Assembly (NCBI GenBank): GCA_047495785.1
Contig: JBLDXI010000007.1
Location: 3,472,001-3,536,000, forward strand
Source: Lepidodermella squamata
Taxonomy: Eukaryota > Animalia > Gastrotricha
Direction: 5' to 3'
Length of the DNA: 64,000 nt
Shown here: in pieces, positions 12,683-26,640 of the stretch
Layout: every line of letters starts with the position of its first letter
Position numbering within the stretch: position 1 is the first letter of the stretch
Position numbers and translations under genes: made by a program
The notes under the pieces: model-generated
The model's database searches: none
What the model was told of the DNA's origin: nothing
Seen by the model: only the letters and a program-made list of their open reading frames with translations

Positions 12683-15600
12683 TCACGTCTTGGATCGCTG
12701 ATCGTCACATTTGCTGACATCTTCCTGAAAATTACAAAGAGTATTTTAGCTTAAAAAATTTTAAAAAAATGGGACATGAAAAATAACAATCGGGTAGAGT
12801 TAATTGGTTTGGGAAAAATCCCCGATTTTCCGATTTTTTACTCATCGAAATTGCAAAAATTTCAAAAATATCAAAATTTGAATTTTAAAATAAATTCATT
12901 TTTCAGTTCTCTCTTAAATGAATAGTTTTCAAAATATTTAAAAATATTTAAAAAAATAATAATCACTTACATGATGGTTGTCACTGGCACATTTGCTAGG
13001 AACACGGCGCTCCCTTGGCATTTTGAGAATGCCACACTGCTCGTCGTTCTCTTCGTCGAATTCCAAAGTCTTGTTGCCAAGAATTCTCACGTAGAACTCA
13101 TTCCGCTCACAAATGCAATTGCTATCCACCACCAGCAGGACCAGATTAGTTTTCGGAATGATTTGGGCTCGCCAAGACTTTGTACAGTTAGAGAAGCTAT
13201 CGATATAGGAAAATTAAGTAAAAATTCATACATTTGAAATTTCCGCCTACTCTTCTCCTCGCAAGTTTCGCCTCTTTGTCCCGTTTACTGTCCCCTGGCA
13301 GTTGCGACACCTGCCATCTATGGTAACGTCTCGACAGGAGGAACAATCGCGGCAATTCTCCGTCAACTGGCCACTCAATCTCGAGGCTTTATAGTTCAGT
13401 CTGAAGGCCTTGTAGCGCTTTGTGCAAACTTTGCGACCCAGCAGTTTGCCTTGTTTTTTGGCTGATGGGTTTGGAATATTGAAACGCCCCGCCCTGAATA
13501 ATCATGAGTGAACTGAAATTCTTACATTTACTTCAGGCTTACATGGTTTGATTGATTGTACATTCCCAAAAGTCGTCGGTCAGCTCTCCATCCCCTAGAG
13601 CTGATTTGCAATCTACAGGAATTTCAATCGCAGGAGCGAAAATCTCATCTGAAAAAATAATGAACTACTGTAAATCTTTGAAATTAGCGCGAAATTTACG
13701 GAAAATGCTGACGAGCAGGAAAAATGAGGTAACTATGAATTTTCGGATGAATACTAATGCATGGTAAGTTATTGAGCAGGAACATCGAAACATGAGGCTG
13801 AAAGGCTGTAAATTGAAAAAATTACTTCAAAATTGTTAGAAATTCTAATATTTACGTTATTGAGGCCAATCGCACTGCTACGCTCATCATAAATGGCGCA
13901 AATCGCTTGATAGTCGTCGAATATTAGACTTGAATAGCAATTAAGTATTATTTTAATATTCCCACAGTTTTGTGCCTCACATTTCGTAAAGACTGCTCCA
14001 GGTTCTGCTTGATTTATCACCCTTTGGAATCTCCACATTTTCGTCGATAATTTCCTCATAATTTGTAAGCTGAATGAACACGTTGGGATCAAAATCTCTC
14101 ATCGGTTTTCCAATCTAAAAAAGCAATATTACTAAAGGTCTTATGAATGTTGGGAAACCCCACCAAAGCCTCATTTTGAGAGTAAACAATAAAACCATGG
14201 TCGTCCAGTAACAAGCAAGTGGTTGTATTTGTGCATAGTAGGGAGCATCTTCTCCCTGTATCATCACACGGCTGAGAGAAGACTAGATCGGACAAATTTT
14301 TAGCCGGCATTTCAATCCCAGCTACGGCTACAGCTGTTCGACCAATATTCCCCACAGTGGTCATTTGCTGCACGAAAAGCGCCTGCGAAAGGATTACTCT
14401 TCTTGGGGTTTGTATGGCTAAATTTTAATTTCGAAAAAAATTTACAAATAATGATTTCAGCATTCAGCCAATTTTCTTACTATTTGGAATTGTGACCATT
14501 ATCCTTTCCGGGCCAGCTTCGACCGCTCGTTCATAGTAAGCCTCTCGAATGGTTTCAGGGTGTAGATTGATGAAATCTGACTCAGAGTGGTCTGGTGTTA
14601 TGTACCTAGTCAAGCCACTTCGGGTCGCAATAAATATCATCGACATCCCATGTTTCGCGCTGAAAAACTTGAGACCATCAAACAGCCGCTCCGAGGTATC
14701 ATTTGTAATTTCAGCGTCGAAGAGTAAGTTTTCGATAGTTTCAACGTCGCATTTGCCGTGGCTGAAATGGGTCCAGCCTTCCTTACCAAGGCCAATGTAT
14801 TTGAGCAGGGTTTTCTGGAACTTCTTCTCAAACATCCACTCTTGCATGTCCTCTCGTAGTTGCTCCATGTGGAAGGCCTTGATACGCTCCACGCACTTCG
14901 CCTCGTTGAAAGTGTAACTTTCGATTGTTGTATTGTATTCTGTAGTGAAAGTCATCCTTTCCAGAGCCTCAGGGCTGTAAGAAGCGTTGTGAAGGTCAGC
15001 TATCAAACTATAAAGAAAAATTAGTAAATTAGTTCATTCCTATACTTCAATTATTACTCACCTTTGATTGTACATTTTGTGGGTATCATTGGAACCAAGA
15101 AATGCCTCGTCCATAAGCTTCCTTAGGTGACTGCAGTAGTCCTCAGGCAATTCGCTAGGCTCAAGTGACTCCAGCACGTCAGTCGCTTCGGTTAGATTGA
15201 AATTCTCCGCGTATTCGTGGTACATTTCCGTCAGCTGCTCTATATAATCGTCTTGGTTGACTGCTAACTCTGACGCGTTGAAGTGGCAATAACTCCACTG
15301 GGACGGTACTTTAGTGTTAAGACCTTCCCTTGGCTCTAAGACCGTCATATCAGCTTCACTGATGTCAACTCTCGCATCGATTCCAACAAAGCCGTAATCG
15401 TTGTGATCGTCTTTCAACCCCGGGATCGCTATTCCAAGAGTAAACGGCGTGAACGGGATCTGAGTATAGTGATAATGCATGCCCAAAACTTTGGGTCTCG
15501 TATTATTATCCCGCATCTTCAAAGTCATAGTCCATTTGTGGCCTGTCTCTGCTCGGACCATGCCATTTCTTAGATCGGATTTGTAATCAGGCAGACTTGA

Positions 15601-17891
15601 GTTCGCTCGCTCCATCACCTCAAGCAATCTATGCATTGCACCTGCCAAGTCGCTTTTGTTAACGCCTTTGTAGGATATCGTTCCGTTTTCTAAGTAATAA
15701 GGCACCGGCCCATTGTAAGCATTTCTCATTAGTTTATACCAACGGCTAGGCTCGAAGGCAGTTTCCAGCTTAGCTATGTCGACATTGGTGTAGTCAGGCG
15801 CGTCGAATGGAGGGACGTAGTCGGGATGAAAGAGGACAAATCCATTGTGGTTAACAGCGAACGCATAAGCATTGACACCAAGTTTAGGAGGAGGCACGAA
15901 TGATCGGAAGAAATGAATTGGCAAATCAGTTCCGATCACTCCGAGAAGTTGTTGTTTACTCTAAAATACATAAAAATAGCGTAAAATGGATATAAATTCG
16001 AAGATATTGGCTTATACTGAGTCTGGTTTCTTATCGAAAACAGGAGCTGCAACCGAAGCCATCAATCTCATATCGGGCATACTATTCTATATTAAAAACA
16101 ACTCCTTACAGTCATCACCAAGCCTAAGTCATAAGTCTCACTTTGACGGTAACTTTCTTCTTCGGAGTTCCAGACCGACGAGTTCCAGATGACTTGGCAC
16201 TTGCATACTCGTATTCCTGTCAATAGTTTAATTTAGGAAAATGTGTGCCCTTAGACGTTTGCCACTTACCGCTTCGTCTATGTAAACGCCTGTCCAGGTC
16301 ACATCGTTGAAATCGGCTAGAGCTAAAGGTCTCGCCAATGTCGTAACATACTGCTTCATATTGTCCTGAACAGCAGCTATAGTTTTGATCTCGACGTAGT
16401 AGCCTTTGTTATTACAAGCCATTTTATTGATTTCCGGGTTGTAGCTGGCGTCTTCTCCAATAAGGAAGCTAAATACTCTGACTTGAGACAATCCTAGGTC
16501 TGTTGGATTTGGATTGTTGTATTTCGCGAAAATGTAGTCGTAGGTTTCATGAGCTCCATCAGTTATCAGCATAATCGCTCGATTACACATTGAACCTACC
16601 CGCTCTTCCGCGGTTTTGTTGAATAATTTAAAAGCCTCGATGAGAGCTGTTTCGAAGTCAGCCATATTTTTCGTATCTATCTTCCTCAACTTTCTCTTTA
16701 ATCTCTGAAAATTGGCAAAATTAGATATTTCAGAATTATTGAATAGTTTTACCTCTTTGTTCTCGGCTGTAGCTTGAAGTAAGGTCCCATTGAAGCATTG
16801 ATCAACGTAGGACACATTGTTAGTTTGTACTTGAATAATATTGAAAAAATCGTCCTCTCCTAATGTCTTTAAAATGTGGTCGATTGTGTAAGTTGCGATG
16901 CGAAACCTCAACCCGGTCATAGAGCCACTCGTATCGATCAGAATGACCAAATCTTTGGGCGAACAACTCGCTTGGACGTACCAACCCTTCGTACGACAGT
17001 CGAACATTTCGACTCTATCAGGAAATGTCGCCCATTTAGAGCCGGGGAATACTCGATAGAACCCTAGGGCTGAGCCGAAATATTGCCAATAGATAGTTTT
17101 GTCCTCATCTCGATTCTCTCGAAACTGATCATTCAACCGCATTGTCCACCTTGCTCCATTATTGATCTCCTTCGAGCCATCGAACACGTTTGTAGGGACA
17201 TGGACCACACTATGCGTCAAATTGACGTCTGCCTTAAAATGAGTATCATAATGCAGCTCCATGTTACGGAATGGGTTGTTCAAAGTGAAATCCTTGTCCT
17301 TCAAATGCGGCCGGTTGATGCGTTTTGCGTTGAAGTAGGTGATACCCTTGAGGCTAGGATCGAATTCATATAGGGTATAAGCCTGTTCTCCGGCTTTCAC
17401 TGACCGCTTCACCGCATCCATTTTCTGCTTCATTTTCAGCTCGAGTTCGTCAGATATCAACTGGGTAAGCATGACGCCATCTATTTGAACCAGGGTCCCG
17501 GTTAGAGGGGGCCGATCAGGGCGTAGCTCGTCTACAGGGCGGCGGCATTCCTCTGTTCTTTGGTCGGGTGGTTGTAGCGTGCACTGGTACTTCTAGAAAA
17601 TCAGTATGTGCCTGAAACTTCTGAAATCAAACCCTGAAAATTTACCAATTGGTAGTAAAGGCGTTGCGTGGCATTGCTTAGAACATCGCTGATCTGTTTG
17701 CTAGCTTCATCCGCTAGAATTTTGAGGCTTTTCTGCAAGTCTTTGATCGGAACCTGCTGCTGCTTCGAAAGAGAGGCGGAAGCCGAGCCTGAAGTTGTCT
17801 TCTGCCGGCCAGAATATCTCCTCTCTTCGCGCACATCCAAAAATCCGTAGGAAGCAGGTAAAAATACCAAGACAAAGGCAAGCGGTCTCAT
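12683..17891 (-). CDS. CACNA2D: Voltage-gated calcium channel auxiliary subunit alpha2/delta (alpha2delta-3/4-like)
   Basis: Signal peptide MRPLAFVLVFLPASYG; VWA_N region (VHVPTNVFD, YWQYFGSALG); FDCRTKGWYVQASCSPKD; MIDAS motif DTSGS...ITDG; Cache-domain motifs (YAFAVNHNGFVLFHP, CLLLDDHGFIV); C-terminal NLVLLVVDSNCIC...CGIL...KC...EDVSKC. Multiple short GT-AG introns. Confidence 0.93.
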
Positions 17892-18284
17892 TTATAAGCC
17901 GATAGCGTGATAACAATAAGGATGAATGATGAGATCATCATCCGAGAGTTGTCACACAATAATGTTTACGCCCCTATAGTGGCTCAATTAGGTGCCAAGA
18001 TCAAGCGCGAAGATGTTTTTGTAAGACTCGCACATCGTACGCATTATCGATCGTGCTCTTTATCGCATCGTTATCTTTGAGACGCGCTAGGGCCATGCTG
18101 ATTGTTTTGCTAATTGTGAGAGGAAAAAGTGTCGATTGAAAAAACAACCCGTACCCGTTCGTGTTTTACACTCGCGCACTGCATCAATAGCAATTTTTTT
18201 CAGATAGCTGGGGTTGGCCAGATATCATTACGTTTTTATTGATTTACTACTCGAATTGAATTGTTAACGGTTTTTAATATCGAT

Positions 18285-20807
18285 TCAACCGTCATTCTTG
18301 TGCCTGTTTGTTCGGATCAGTAATACTATGAAAGCAATCACTCGAAAGCCGATCAAAAGCATAACTACGGCAAAAGCGTTGCGAGTTACATCACCAGCTG
18401 AAAAGCCGTAGAACTCCAAAACACTTGGTCCGTCCCTAAAACAAGCAGCATTGGCGTCTTGGATGAAACTCGGCTCGCATTCAAGCTCAGTGATATCAGC
18501 CCACTGGTTGATTTGAAGCAGCTCGTTTGCGTAGTAGGTCGGCGATATGTAGCACATCCATCGAATCCATTCAGGCATTGTTGATAGGTTGATGTACATA
18601 CCGGCAGTGTACGAAAGAAACGGTCCCTGAAATTAAAATGAAATGAAATGATTTCAAATTCGAACCAATTTCTTACCATTGCTCGCCTGACACCATTGGA
18701 GATGGCAGGGTTATCCACCGAGAATCCCACTACGTAACCTAATCCCGTCGCTGTCCATCCAGCCGAGCAATGAATCAAGTACGCCAAGAAAAAATGGGCA
18801 GCCGTTCGTTGTAAATTTGAGCTCAAGTAGATGATGGTCACAAAAGCTAACGAGAAGAACGCGTTCGCAGGAATGTCGACCATGCACATGGATAAAAAAT
18901 GCGCGAAAGGCGAGTACAGGGACGCTTGTTGCTCTCTCAGGTACACCGGCATTAGTTTAGGAATGGCCTGAGCGTAAGGGTCCAAGTTCTCCCAAACTGA
19001 AAAATCCCGAACTAATGCAATTTTATAAATAATTGAAGGAACTTACTAGCCAAAGTAGACATTTGATACAGAAGCCCGATAAAGTTATTCGTTCCTTTCT
19101 GATTGTAAGACTGATTTGCGAATAACAAGGCGTAGATTCCTCCGAAGAAAATTGTACCAAAAATACGACCTCCAATCAAACTCTTGGTACGAAAAGCTGT
19201 CTTGTATCCCCGCCAAATGGTCATCTTGTACTGAGTTAGCGCCGATGCTGGGTCTAATCCGGCAGCAATTCTTTGCTCGAGTATCGTTGAACCAGCAGCG
19301 GCGTCATTGCCGTATCGCTTGCTCGCAGTTTTAACATCCTCTCGGATTGTTTTGTAATACTTGCTGCGTTTGAATAGCTCAGCCATTGCGTCTGCTTTCC
19401 GAATTTGAGCCTTGTTCATGTACAGCATAGACATCTCAGCCTCTGTTAGGTCAACAACTGTTGAAGCATCGTCGTTATCAGGCTTACGTTTTTTCGCTGC
19501 AAGTGCTGGTGGCATTTCGAATTGAACTAAATTGGACGACAGTACCGAGAGGACGTGATCGAAAGGGTTGTAAGATTCTGGACAGTCATGACCGATTGAG
19601 CTGAAGTAATCCGTCACAGTTCGGGCTGATCCGAGGTAAACCACTTGGCCTTCACTTAGGACCATAACATTGTCAATGAGACTAATTATCTCTGAGGAAG
19701 GCTGGTGGAGGGTACTAAAAAGTGACATGTAAGACCAGAAATCTGGATTAAAAGTCAACTTACCAAACAACAGTTTTCCCTCTATCGGCGAGATGTTTCA
19801 TTGCTGGAGAAAAGGATGGAATGGAATAAGGTATTTCGGAAAGGAAGCTTTGAATTACCTGCCGCGATTTCTGATGCCATGAAGGAATCGAGGCCGGTTG
19901 TTGGTTCATCACAGAAAAATACGCTTGGATTAGTTAGAATTTCAGTGGCGAAAGCCAGTCGCTTTCTCTCACCACCTGACAGCGTCTTTTTGCCAACATG
20001 TTCGCCGGATTGGCCTCCGATAATGACATCAAAGCACTTTGTCATTCCCAATTCGTGGAGAATCGATCGAATCTTCTCGTGGCGATCCTTATCCGAGTAA
20101 CGCTCACCAGACATTCTCAACTTCGAATGAAACCACATGTGTTCGCCTATTTAATTTGCGTTATTTTGAAAACGTTTTTGAGTGGAAAGAAAAACGTACC
20201 AACAGTGAGGCTCGGGTGGAAGACATCGTCTTGCTGTAAGAACGCTGAAACTTTCGCGATGTCTTTACCAATCACAGCTCCATTCGCTTTAACTTTACCA
20301 CTGATAATAAAATCAGCAGCTAATTCAGTCTGTCCTGATGAAAGCAACTTACCTCACGACGAGATTTCGCTGGATTTTGCCCATTATAACGTTCATTAAA
20401 GTCGATTTACCTGAGCCACTGCTGCCAATTATCGCAAGAACTTGCCCAGGTTTAGCGATGCCATAAGCGTTTCGGAGAATCGGCTTCTTCAGCACACTAG
20501 ATGTGATTTCTTTACCACTTCGTCTGAGGAAACTGGGCAGCTTGTCTGCGAATGACTTCTCCCTGTTATCTACAGGTAGGTGGACTGATACGTGAGACCA
20601 GGCTAGGGTTATCCGATTTTCTGGCGCTGTGTAGCTGGAGTACTGGTCGAAGCCTTGGTAATTATCAGAAGAGTTAGCGCCGATCTCGAAGGCCGATGAC
20701 AAGAACAAATCTTCGCCATTCGGCTCTTCCCGTAAGGACTTGAAAGCATTTTCTCGAGACGGCCGCCGAACACGCGGTTCAAATTCTGGTGGCTCAAAGG
20801 AGGCCAT
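18285..20807 (-). CDS. ABCG half-transporter, white/ABCG-like
   Basis: Walker A GSSGSGKST, signature LSGGERKR, Walker B FFCDEPTTGLD, H-loop TLHQPSS; NBD precedes the ABC2 membrane domain; extracellular YANELLQINQW...C...C segment typical of white-family proteins. Confidence 0.93.
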
Positions 20808-20875
20808 AAATTGCCGGGGTATTACAAATAATTTTTGTTACAGCCGCTAACGGACTAAAATTGGTGAGTTTGTAG

Positions 20876-20989
20876 TGATAACTCGTTACGAGTAATGTCC
20901 AATTGCAGATAAACCAGCTACGTTGCTGATAAGGCTTAGATAAGCGCGCAGTTACCATTCTTCTGATAACATCTATTTATCAGTTATCT
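20876..20989. promoter_or_regulatory. Cluster of seven WGATAA (GATA-factor) sites upstream of the ABCG start
   Basis: TGATAA 20876, AGATAA 20907, TGATAA 20927, AGATAA 20938, TGATAA 20964, TTATCA 20977, TTATCT 20984, all within 114 bp and 70-180 bp upstream of the ATG at 20807. Confidence 0.6.
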
Positions 20990-21458
20990 AATTATAAATT
21001 GATTCTCTTAGTCACGCGCAACTTTGCGCACCACCTAGCGATGATTAGAGTTAGAACGAGGAATTTTGAGGTGTTTCGCGAAAGCAAAAATCCCTTTCCG
21101 GGGAGCCCATTTTAAACGGCGTCTTTCTCTTTTCCGACGCATGCATCGAAGGTAGGGCAAGTTCGACGATAACTGAACACGAAAAACGAAAACAATAAAA
21201 ATACTCCATTGCTTTAGTTGCTTCTAGTTTAGCAAATATTGCTTCCGCCTTCCGCCTTAAAACTTAAAACCGATAAAGATTCCTTTATTTGTAATTTGTA
21301 CACGCTGTTTTAGCCTCAGTCAGAATCAAATAGACAACAAGAAGTAAAGTAAAGTAAAACGAATATCTTACAACATCAGCGAAGGTTAAGTACTATTAAG
21401 AAAAGAATACAAATATGTGAATGATTCGTGTCAGGTTGTAAAAACAGTTTGAATTTTC

Positions 21459-24081
21459 TCAGTTTGATTGTTCTGAGAATATCGCGTGCAATTTTCGTAC
21501 GAATATCAAGCCAAGGTTTAGCCCGACACACAAAATTATAGTTAGCGATAAGGCCAAGCGTTGATATTCTTGTTCCTTGAAAATTAGCCCTGCTATGACG
21601 CCGCCACATGACAGTAGTATAATCGACCCGTAGAAGCTGTAAATGACTGCTTTGAGGTCATTAACCGTATTCAAGGTTTTCTGCAAAATCATCAAATAAA
21701 CATCTGCCGATAATTTTTAAGAAGCCAATCAACTCACCGATCGTAGGGCGTAAGCTAGCAGTCCTCCTCGGATGCTAAGAATTGCGAAAATTGCGCAGAA
21801 TGTCCCTAATACTCCCTGAGCCAAAGCGGAATCCCCTAATTCGCATTTGTATGTGATGGTATGATAGGCTACTTCTGCCCCGAATTCAGACCCATCGACT
21901 TTGCTGAGGTAACGCGTAGTTAGCATTGGCGAGAATAGGAACCAAATGGCAAGCATAAGAATGCACGCAGCTAAAGTAACCGAACCAACCAACAACGTGA
22001 AGCGGGTAATCAGCTTTCTGTTCAAAGGCCCTTCTGGAACATTATTGCTTGACGTCTTCGGGGCGGGGGTAGACGAACGGCTTACCAAAGTTGGCCTCGA
22101 AAGCTTAGAAATGTTTCGGCCAAGTGATACACTTCTGATAGACGCCGATATCTTGAAAGCCAGAAATAGCTTAGCTGTCATACTGTACAGAAGGATTCCA
22201 ATACCCACCAAGAGAGAACTTAATGAGGCCATGCAGTTCAGACCTAATGACTCGTCATAGCTTGGAGATTGAATAAGGGCGGAAATCAGCATCCACATGT
22301 TACCAATTAGAATGATGTAATTGAACACAGGCAATGACTTCTTGACCAAAAGTGATCGTCTCTTGAGGGACAAGACCAATAAAATGCCGAAGACAAAAAT
22401 AAGTTCAAAGCTTGAAGCAAAGACGATCGAGATGTAGCTCGACATTGATAGAAGAGGGGATTCTAATTCGACTATGAGGAGCTCATCAAAAGGTGCATTG
22501 CCGCTAGGTGTCCGCCAGTCGACAGGAAATGGGCCCATTGTAACTTCCTTTGACCCACTCAGATAAACTGCCACTGGTCGCATTGTCAAAGTTGAGCTAT
22601 TTTCGTATCTGTACTGGAAAAAAGCAAAAGCTACATCTCCGCCGGTGTTACGCGTGGTATTGCGCTCGAATCCAAGTTCGCCTATTTTCCCTTTGACCCG
22701 GGTTGAGAAGAGTGCTTGTTTCATTTCCTCAACAATGAAGGATCCATTTCTCTTGAAATTCTCGCTGTTAGTGGTCCAGTCTAACAGCGTTTGGTTCTTA
22801 CTGTTGAGGGATGCTTCGGTTGCGTTGAGAACGAACACCGCAAGTAGCAAAGGATCGTAGAACTGATCCCGCGTGCCCCATGCTTTTGATTGAGGACTGA
22901 CATCTACCCTAGATGCAATAGCTGAATCAAAATCTCTGGCTGAATTTCCGAGAGAGTCGACGCTAGCCCACTGCCCCAATTCCATAGTTGTAGCTTGGGT
23001 ATGAACGATAGTACTCTGCAAGACCTCACTGAGCATGGTTGTTGTGCACCAGCTGAAACGAAGGGGGTCGCTTTGTGTGTAAATACTTTTTGAAGGTACC
23101 AATATCACGTAACGAGGTCCGAAGAGGCCGAGGCGGTGGAACCAACAGGCCACTCTTGCCGAGTACAGGGCTCCGAGGAGAATAATCCGAGCATCTGATG
23201 CTTTCATTTCTTCTACTGTTGCCTGGACATCATCAGATTCTGGTGGGATGTTGTAAACGAAGGGAATTTTGAAAATCCCCAGCGTTTTCACTCCATATTT
23301 CGCCTCAAGCAATAGCGAGGCTTCGATTTCCATTTGATTATTCAAACCATACATTTCTGAAATCTGAGCCTTTTTCTGCCAGTTCATCATTCGCATGAAT
23401 TTGCCGACAGCGTCAACGGATTCGCTGAATGAAGGCGAGAGATTGAACAGGTTTTTCAGCAGGTCACGCCTCAAGTCCACTTCATCCATTATAGTTGCAA
23501 ACGTTATCTTTAAAAAATTGAATTGACTGTGATGCTCGCCAGAAAATGCCAGCTTACTTACAGATATGAAGTTATAGAACGGCAAGGTTGGACCGTTGTA
23601 GTAGTGGGCTGGGCAACTTGAGTGAATAAGGAGAGGCAATCTGTTCGAGGCCTTTCCATTTTCAGCCATCTTCGAATGGAAAGCTTCAATGCCTGGCGGT
23701 CTGCTACACTGCAAAAATAGGCGAAATTAGGTATATCAAGTTGCATTTCTGCCTTCTCCTCCACTCATAATAATTCAACCTGATATAGAAACTCACGTAA
23801 TCATTGTATGGGTCGATAGCAAGCTCGTATTTAGCGAGAAGATTCGGGATATTAGATAGCGAATCCAACACATAACGCATAGCTTCGGTTGTTATGGGCC
23901 CGTTATTTATCGATGGGGTGCCAAAATAATTACAAGATGCCAACAGACTAATGACCGGGCGGGAATCATTTGGGTTGTAGTTTGTTCGGAATACCCGCTT
24001 TGGCATGGGGCTATCCATCTGTAATTTCTGACCGTTAGATATCAAAAACATACATGCAACTGCAAATGCGATCACCAACAT
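21459..24081 (-). CDS. Class C GPCR, GABA-B receptor-like (Venus flytrap + 7TM, no cysteine-rich domain); paralog A, 3 introns
   Basis: Signal peptide; VFT motifs (MKASDARIILL, CWFHRLGLFGPRYV, FYDPLLLAVFVL, VKGKIGELGF); 7TM with KKSLPVFNYIILIG, TM3 Cys (GLNCMAS), ECL2 Cys (TYKCEL) and LAYALR...VNDLK. Confidence 0.85.
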
Positions 24082-24902
24082 CACTGTTCGCTAAAAGGTT
24101 CTAATGTAGTAGGTAGATATGTAGCTGATCATACTTTCAACCAGTTGACTTATTTGATGAACAGTTGCGACGAGCATTGACCACGGATTTAAGTGTGTCG
24201 CGTTCCAGGAAACCGTGGAATTTCGTGTGCTTCTAATATGACATTTCTGAGTGACACATCATTCAACCTAGCGTCTCTTTTTTCACTATTCGCGGAATAA
24301 AAGACAATTTATTAAGGCCGGGTAGATGCCAGTTTCCTGTCGTCTATATTTATTTTTATATTTCCTACCCTTTGTCGTCCAGTTTGAACCCTAGGCTAAT
24401 ATCAACTGCTAAATCCTGTCAATGCGTTCGAGATGACTTTATTGACAATATCCTATACACAAGCAATACGATATTTCCTGCAAGCCACCGAAGCACGCAA
24501 CATGTAGTTGGATGTTCAACATAGATAGATAAAGCATCCGTTAGTGGGTTAGTAGGCTAAGCTAGAATAATGTAGATGAACGGGGTCACGAACGATATAA
24601 AACTGTTCCACTTCCGTTATTTTACATTCGCATATCAATCGGCGCCACTCAACAACCTCGCACCCTACACGACATAGATTTATGTGCGATAAAATATGCG
24701 TGATGCAAATTCATTCTTGCAACAAGAAATTCAATTAGATTCCAGAAGAATAGGGTAAATAGCGATCAAGGGTAAAAGAAACTGAGAGATGATGGTGAAT
24801 CAGAAATCGGCAACATTCAGCCCAGAAATAAAATCCCAATAGCGAAGCTTGACAGGGATCACAAACTTGAAAATAATTCATGTATCGCAAATGATTGATA
24901 GA

Positions 24903-26558
24903 TCACAGATCGTCGCTCGCATTGCAATCGTGTCGTGGTATGCCATCAGGGCAGTCGCAAAGCATGCTTAAACAACGTTTGACGCCATTACAGTCGCATA
25001 TTTCTACGAAGCACGGAATGAAAACATCTTACCTAAATTACGGTATGGTAACTAACGTTGTAGGCAGTCAGGACCGGTTTTCCACTTATCAAAACACGAG
25101 CATGTATTGCCACCAGTGCACCATCCATTCTGTGGACAGGTTACGTTTCCGCAAATTTCTGAGACGGGAAAAAGTCAGGAGACTACTGAATCATCAGGAA
25201 AACCAACGATTATTGCATGCTGCGCCGGTCCAGCCGGGCTTGCAAGCGCATCTGTTTCCCCTGATGCAGAAACCATTGTTGCAGGGGGAGGTGCACTTCG
25301 CTGTGAAAAATTCAACGAATACGGTTTCCCTTAAACTGCACTATTCTTACCGAGATTGTAAGTTTTGATATCATAAATGTAGAGCCTTTTCTCGTGCTCA
25401 GAGTGGAAAGCCAAAACTGGTGGAAGAGCCCTAGTGTCATTAATCGGGAGGTACTCCTTGAACATGAGTCCGTTCGCAATAGTTTGGCACGAATCAAAGT
25501 CGCAGTATTCGACCCAAATTTGACTGCCGCCTCTCACAACAACTCCCAGTTGAAATCGGTCCTCAAACATTGGCGATTTTAGTCTGAACCGGAATTCGTT
25601 ATCAGGTGCCGTAGCAGTGAGGGCTTTTGCTACATTCGAAATTCTCAAGTACAGATCGGAGTCGGTTTCGTTCACAGTGACGTATTTGACCTGTAACCCA
25701 GCGAAGAAATTACTTTCGTTATGACCACCCGGGTAGGCTAATGTCCATCGATTCGATGAGTTCGTTATAGGGCCGAAGAAAAACACCCCACCAACATCAC
25801 GAGAGATGAAAAACGTTACGTTTATCGAGAGGTCTGTGAGCTGCATCGCCTTGATATGAGACATTTATATGCGACCGAGAAATTGAGGTTGTAAATTCTC
25901 ACGGTTGGACTGATAACATAAGCCCTATTCCAAGTCGAAGAGTCATTATGCGCCATTCGGAGAATGTAGTCTGAGTAGAACAATCTGCTATCCCCACCGA
26001 ATCGCAAGTAACGCCAATATTTTTCTAAAACAGCAGTTATCAACAATTAGCCAATTACTGGAGAAATAAACTTACGACTCCTTCCATCTGCGATCCAGCT
26101 GAATTCAGGTTCATAGTTGAGCGGATTCATCGGCGGGTTGCCAATCACTGAAATCAAAATTATTTGTCGATTTTTTTTCCTTTGGGTTAGAGGATTTATA
26201 TGCCTTCAGAGCAATCTGAGCCGGTGAATCGTGCCAAACAGGTGCAAATTCCAGGGCCGGTGCATAAACCCCCGGCCATAGAGCATTGGTCACAGATTGC
26301 TGGATTCAAAAGCTATAAGCCTCGTGGGAAATAGATATGTAAAAACTGCATTACGAGTCGCACATGTGGATCCAGTCCACCCACCGAGGCATTGGCATTT
26401 ATTTGTGGCGATGCAACTGCCTCCATTGATGCAAGGACTGCTGCAAGCTAAATTCAGAATAACGACGCAATCATCATATATGCTATAGATATTAACATAC
26501 TTTGACCTCGGATCAGCCTCGTATGAACAATCAACAAAACTGCTATCGCTTTGAGCAT
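24903..26558 (-). CDS. Secreted EGF-repeat protein with a central beta-sandwich (ConA/lectin-like) domain; paralog 1
   Basis: Signal exon MLKAIAVLLIVHTRLIRGQ; EGF exons CSSPCINGGSC...CQCLGGWTGSTC and CDQCSMAGGLC; ~200-aa all-beta-looking domain; further EGF and Cys exons to TGA at 24903. Intron 3 is GC-AG. Confidence 0.8.
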
Positions 26559-26640
26559 TTTGTCTTCCAATGTAAATTTCAAACTTATCTATGAATTCAT
26601 ATTCAGTTCACTGTCGAATCCGGCAAAATCTCTCGACTAA

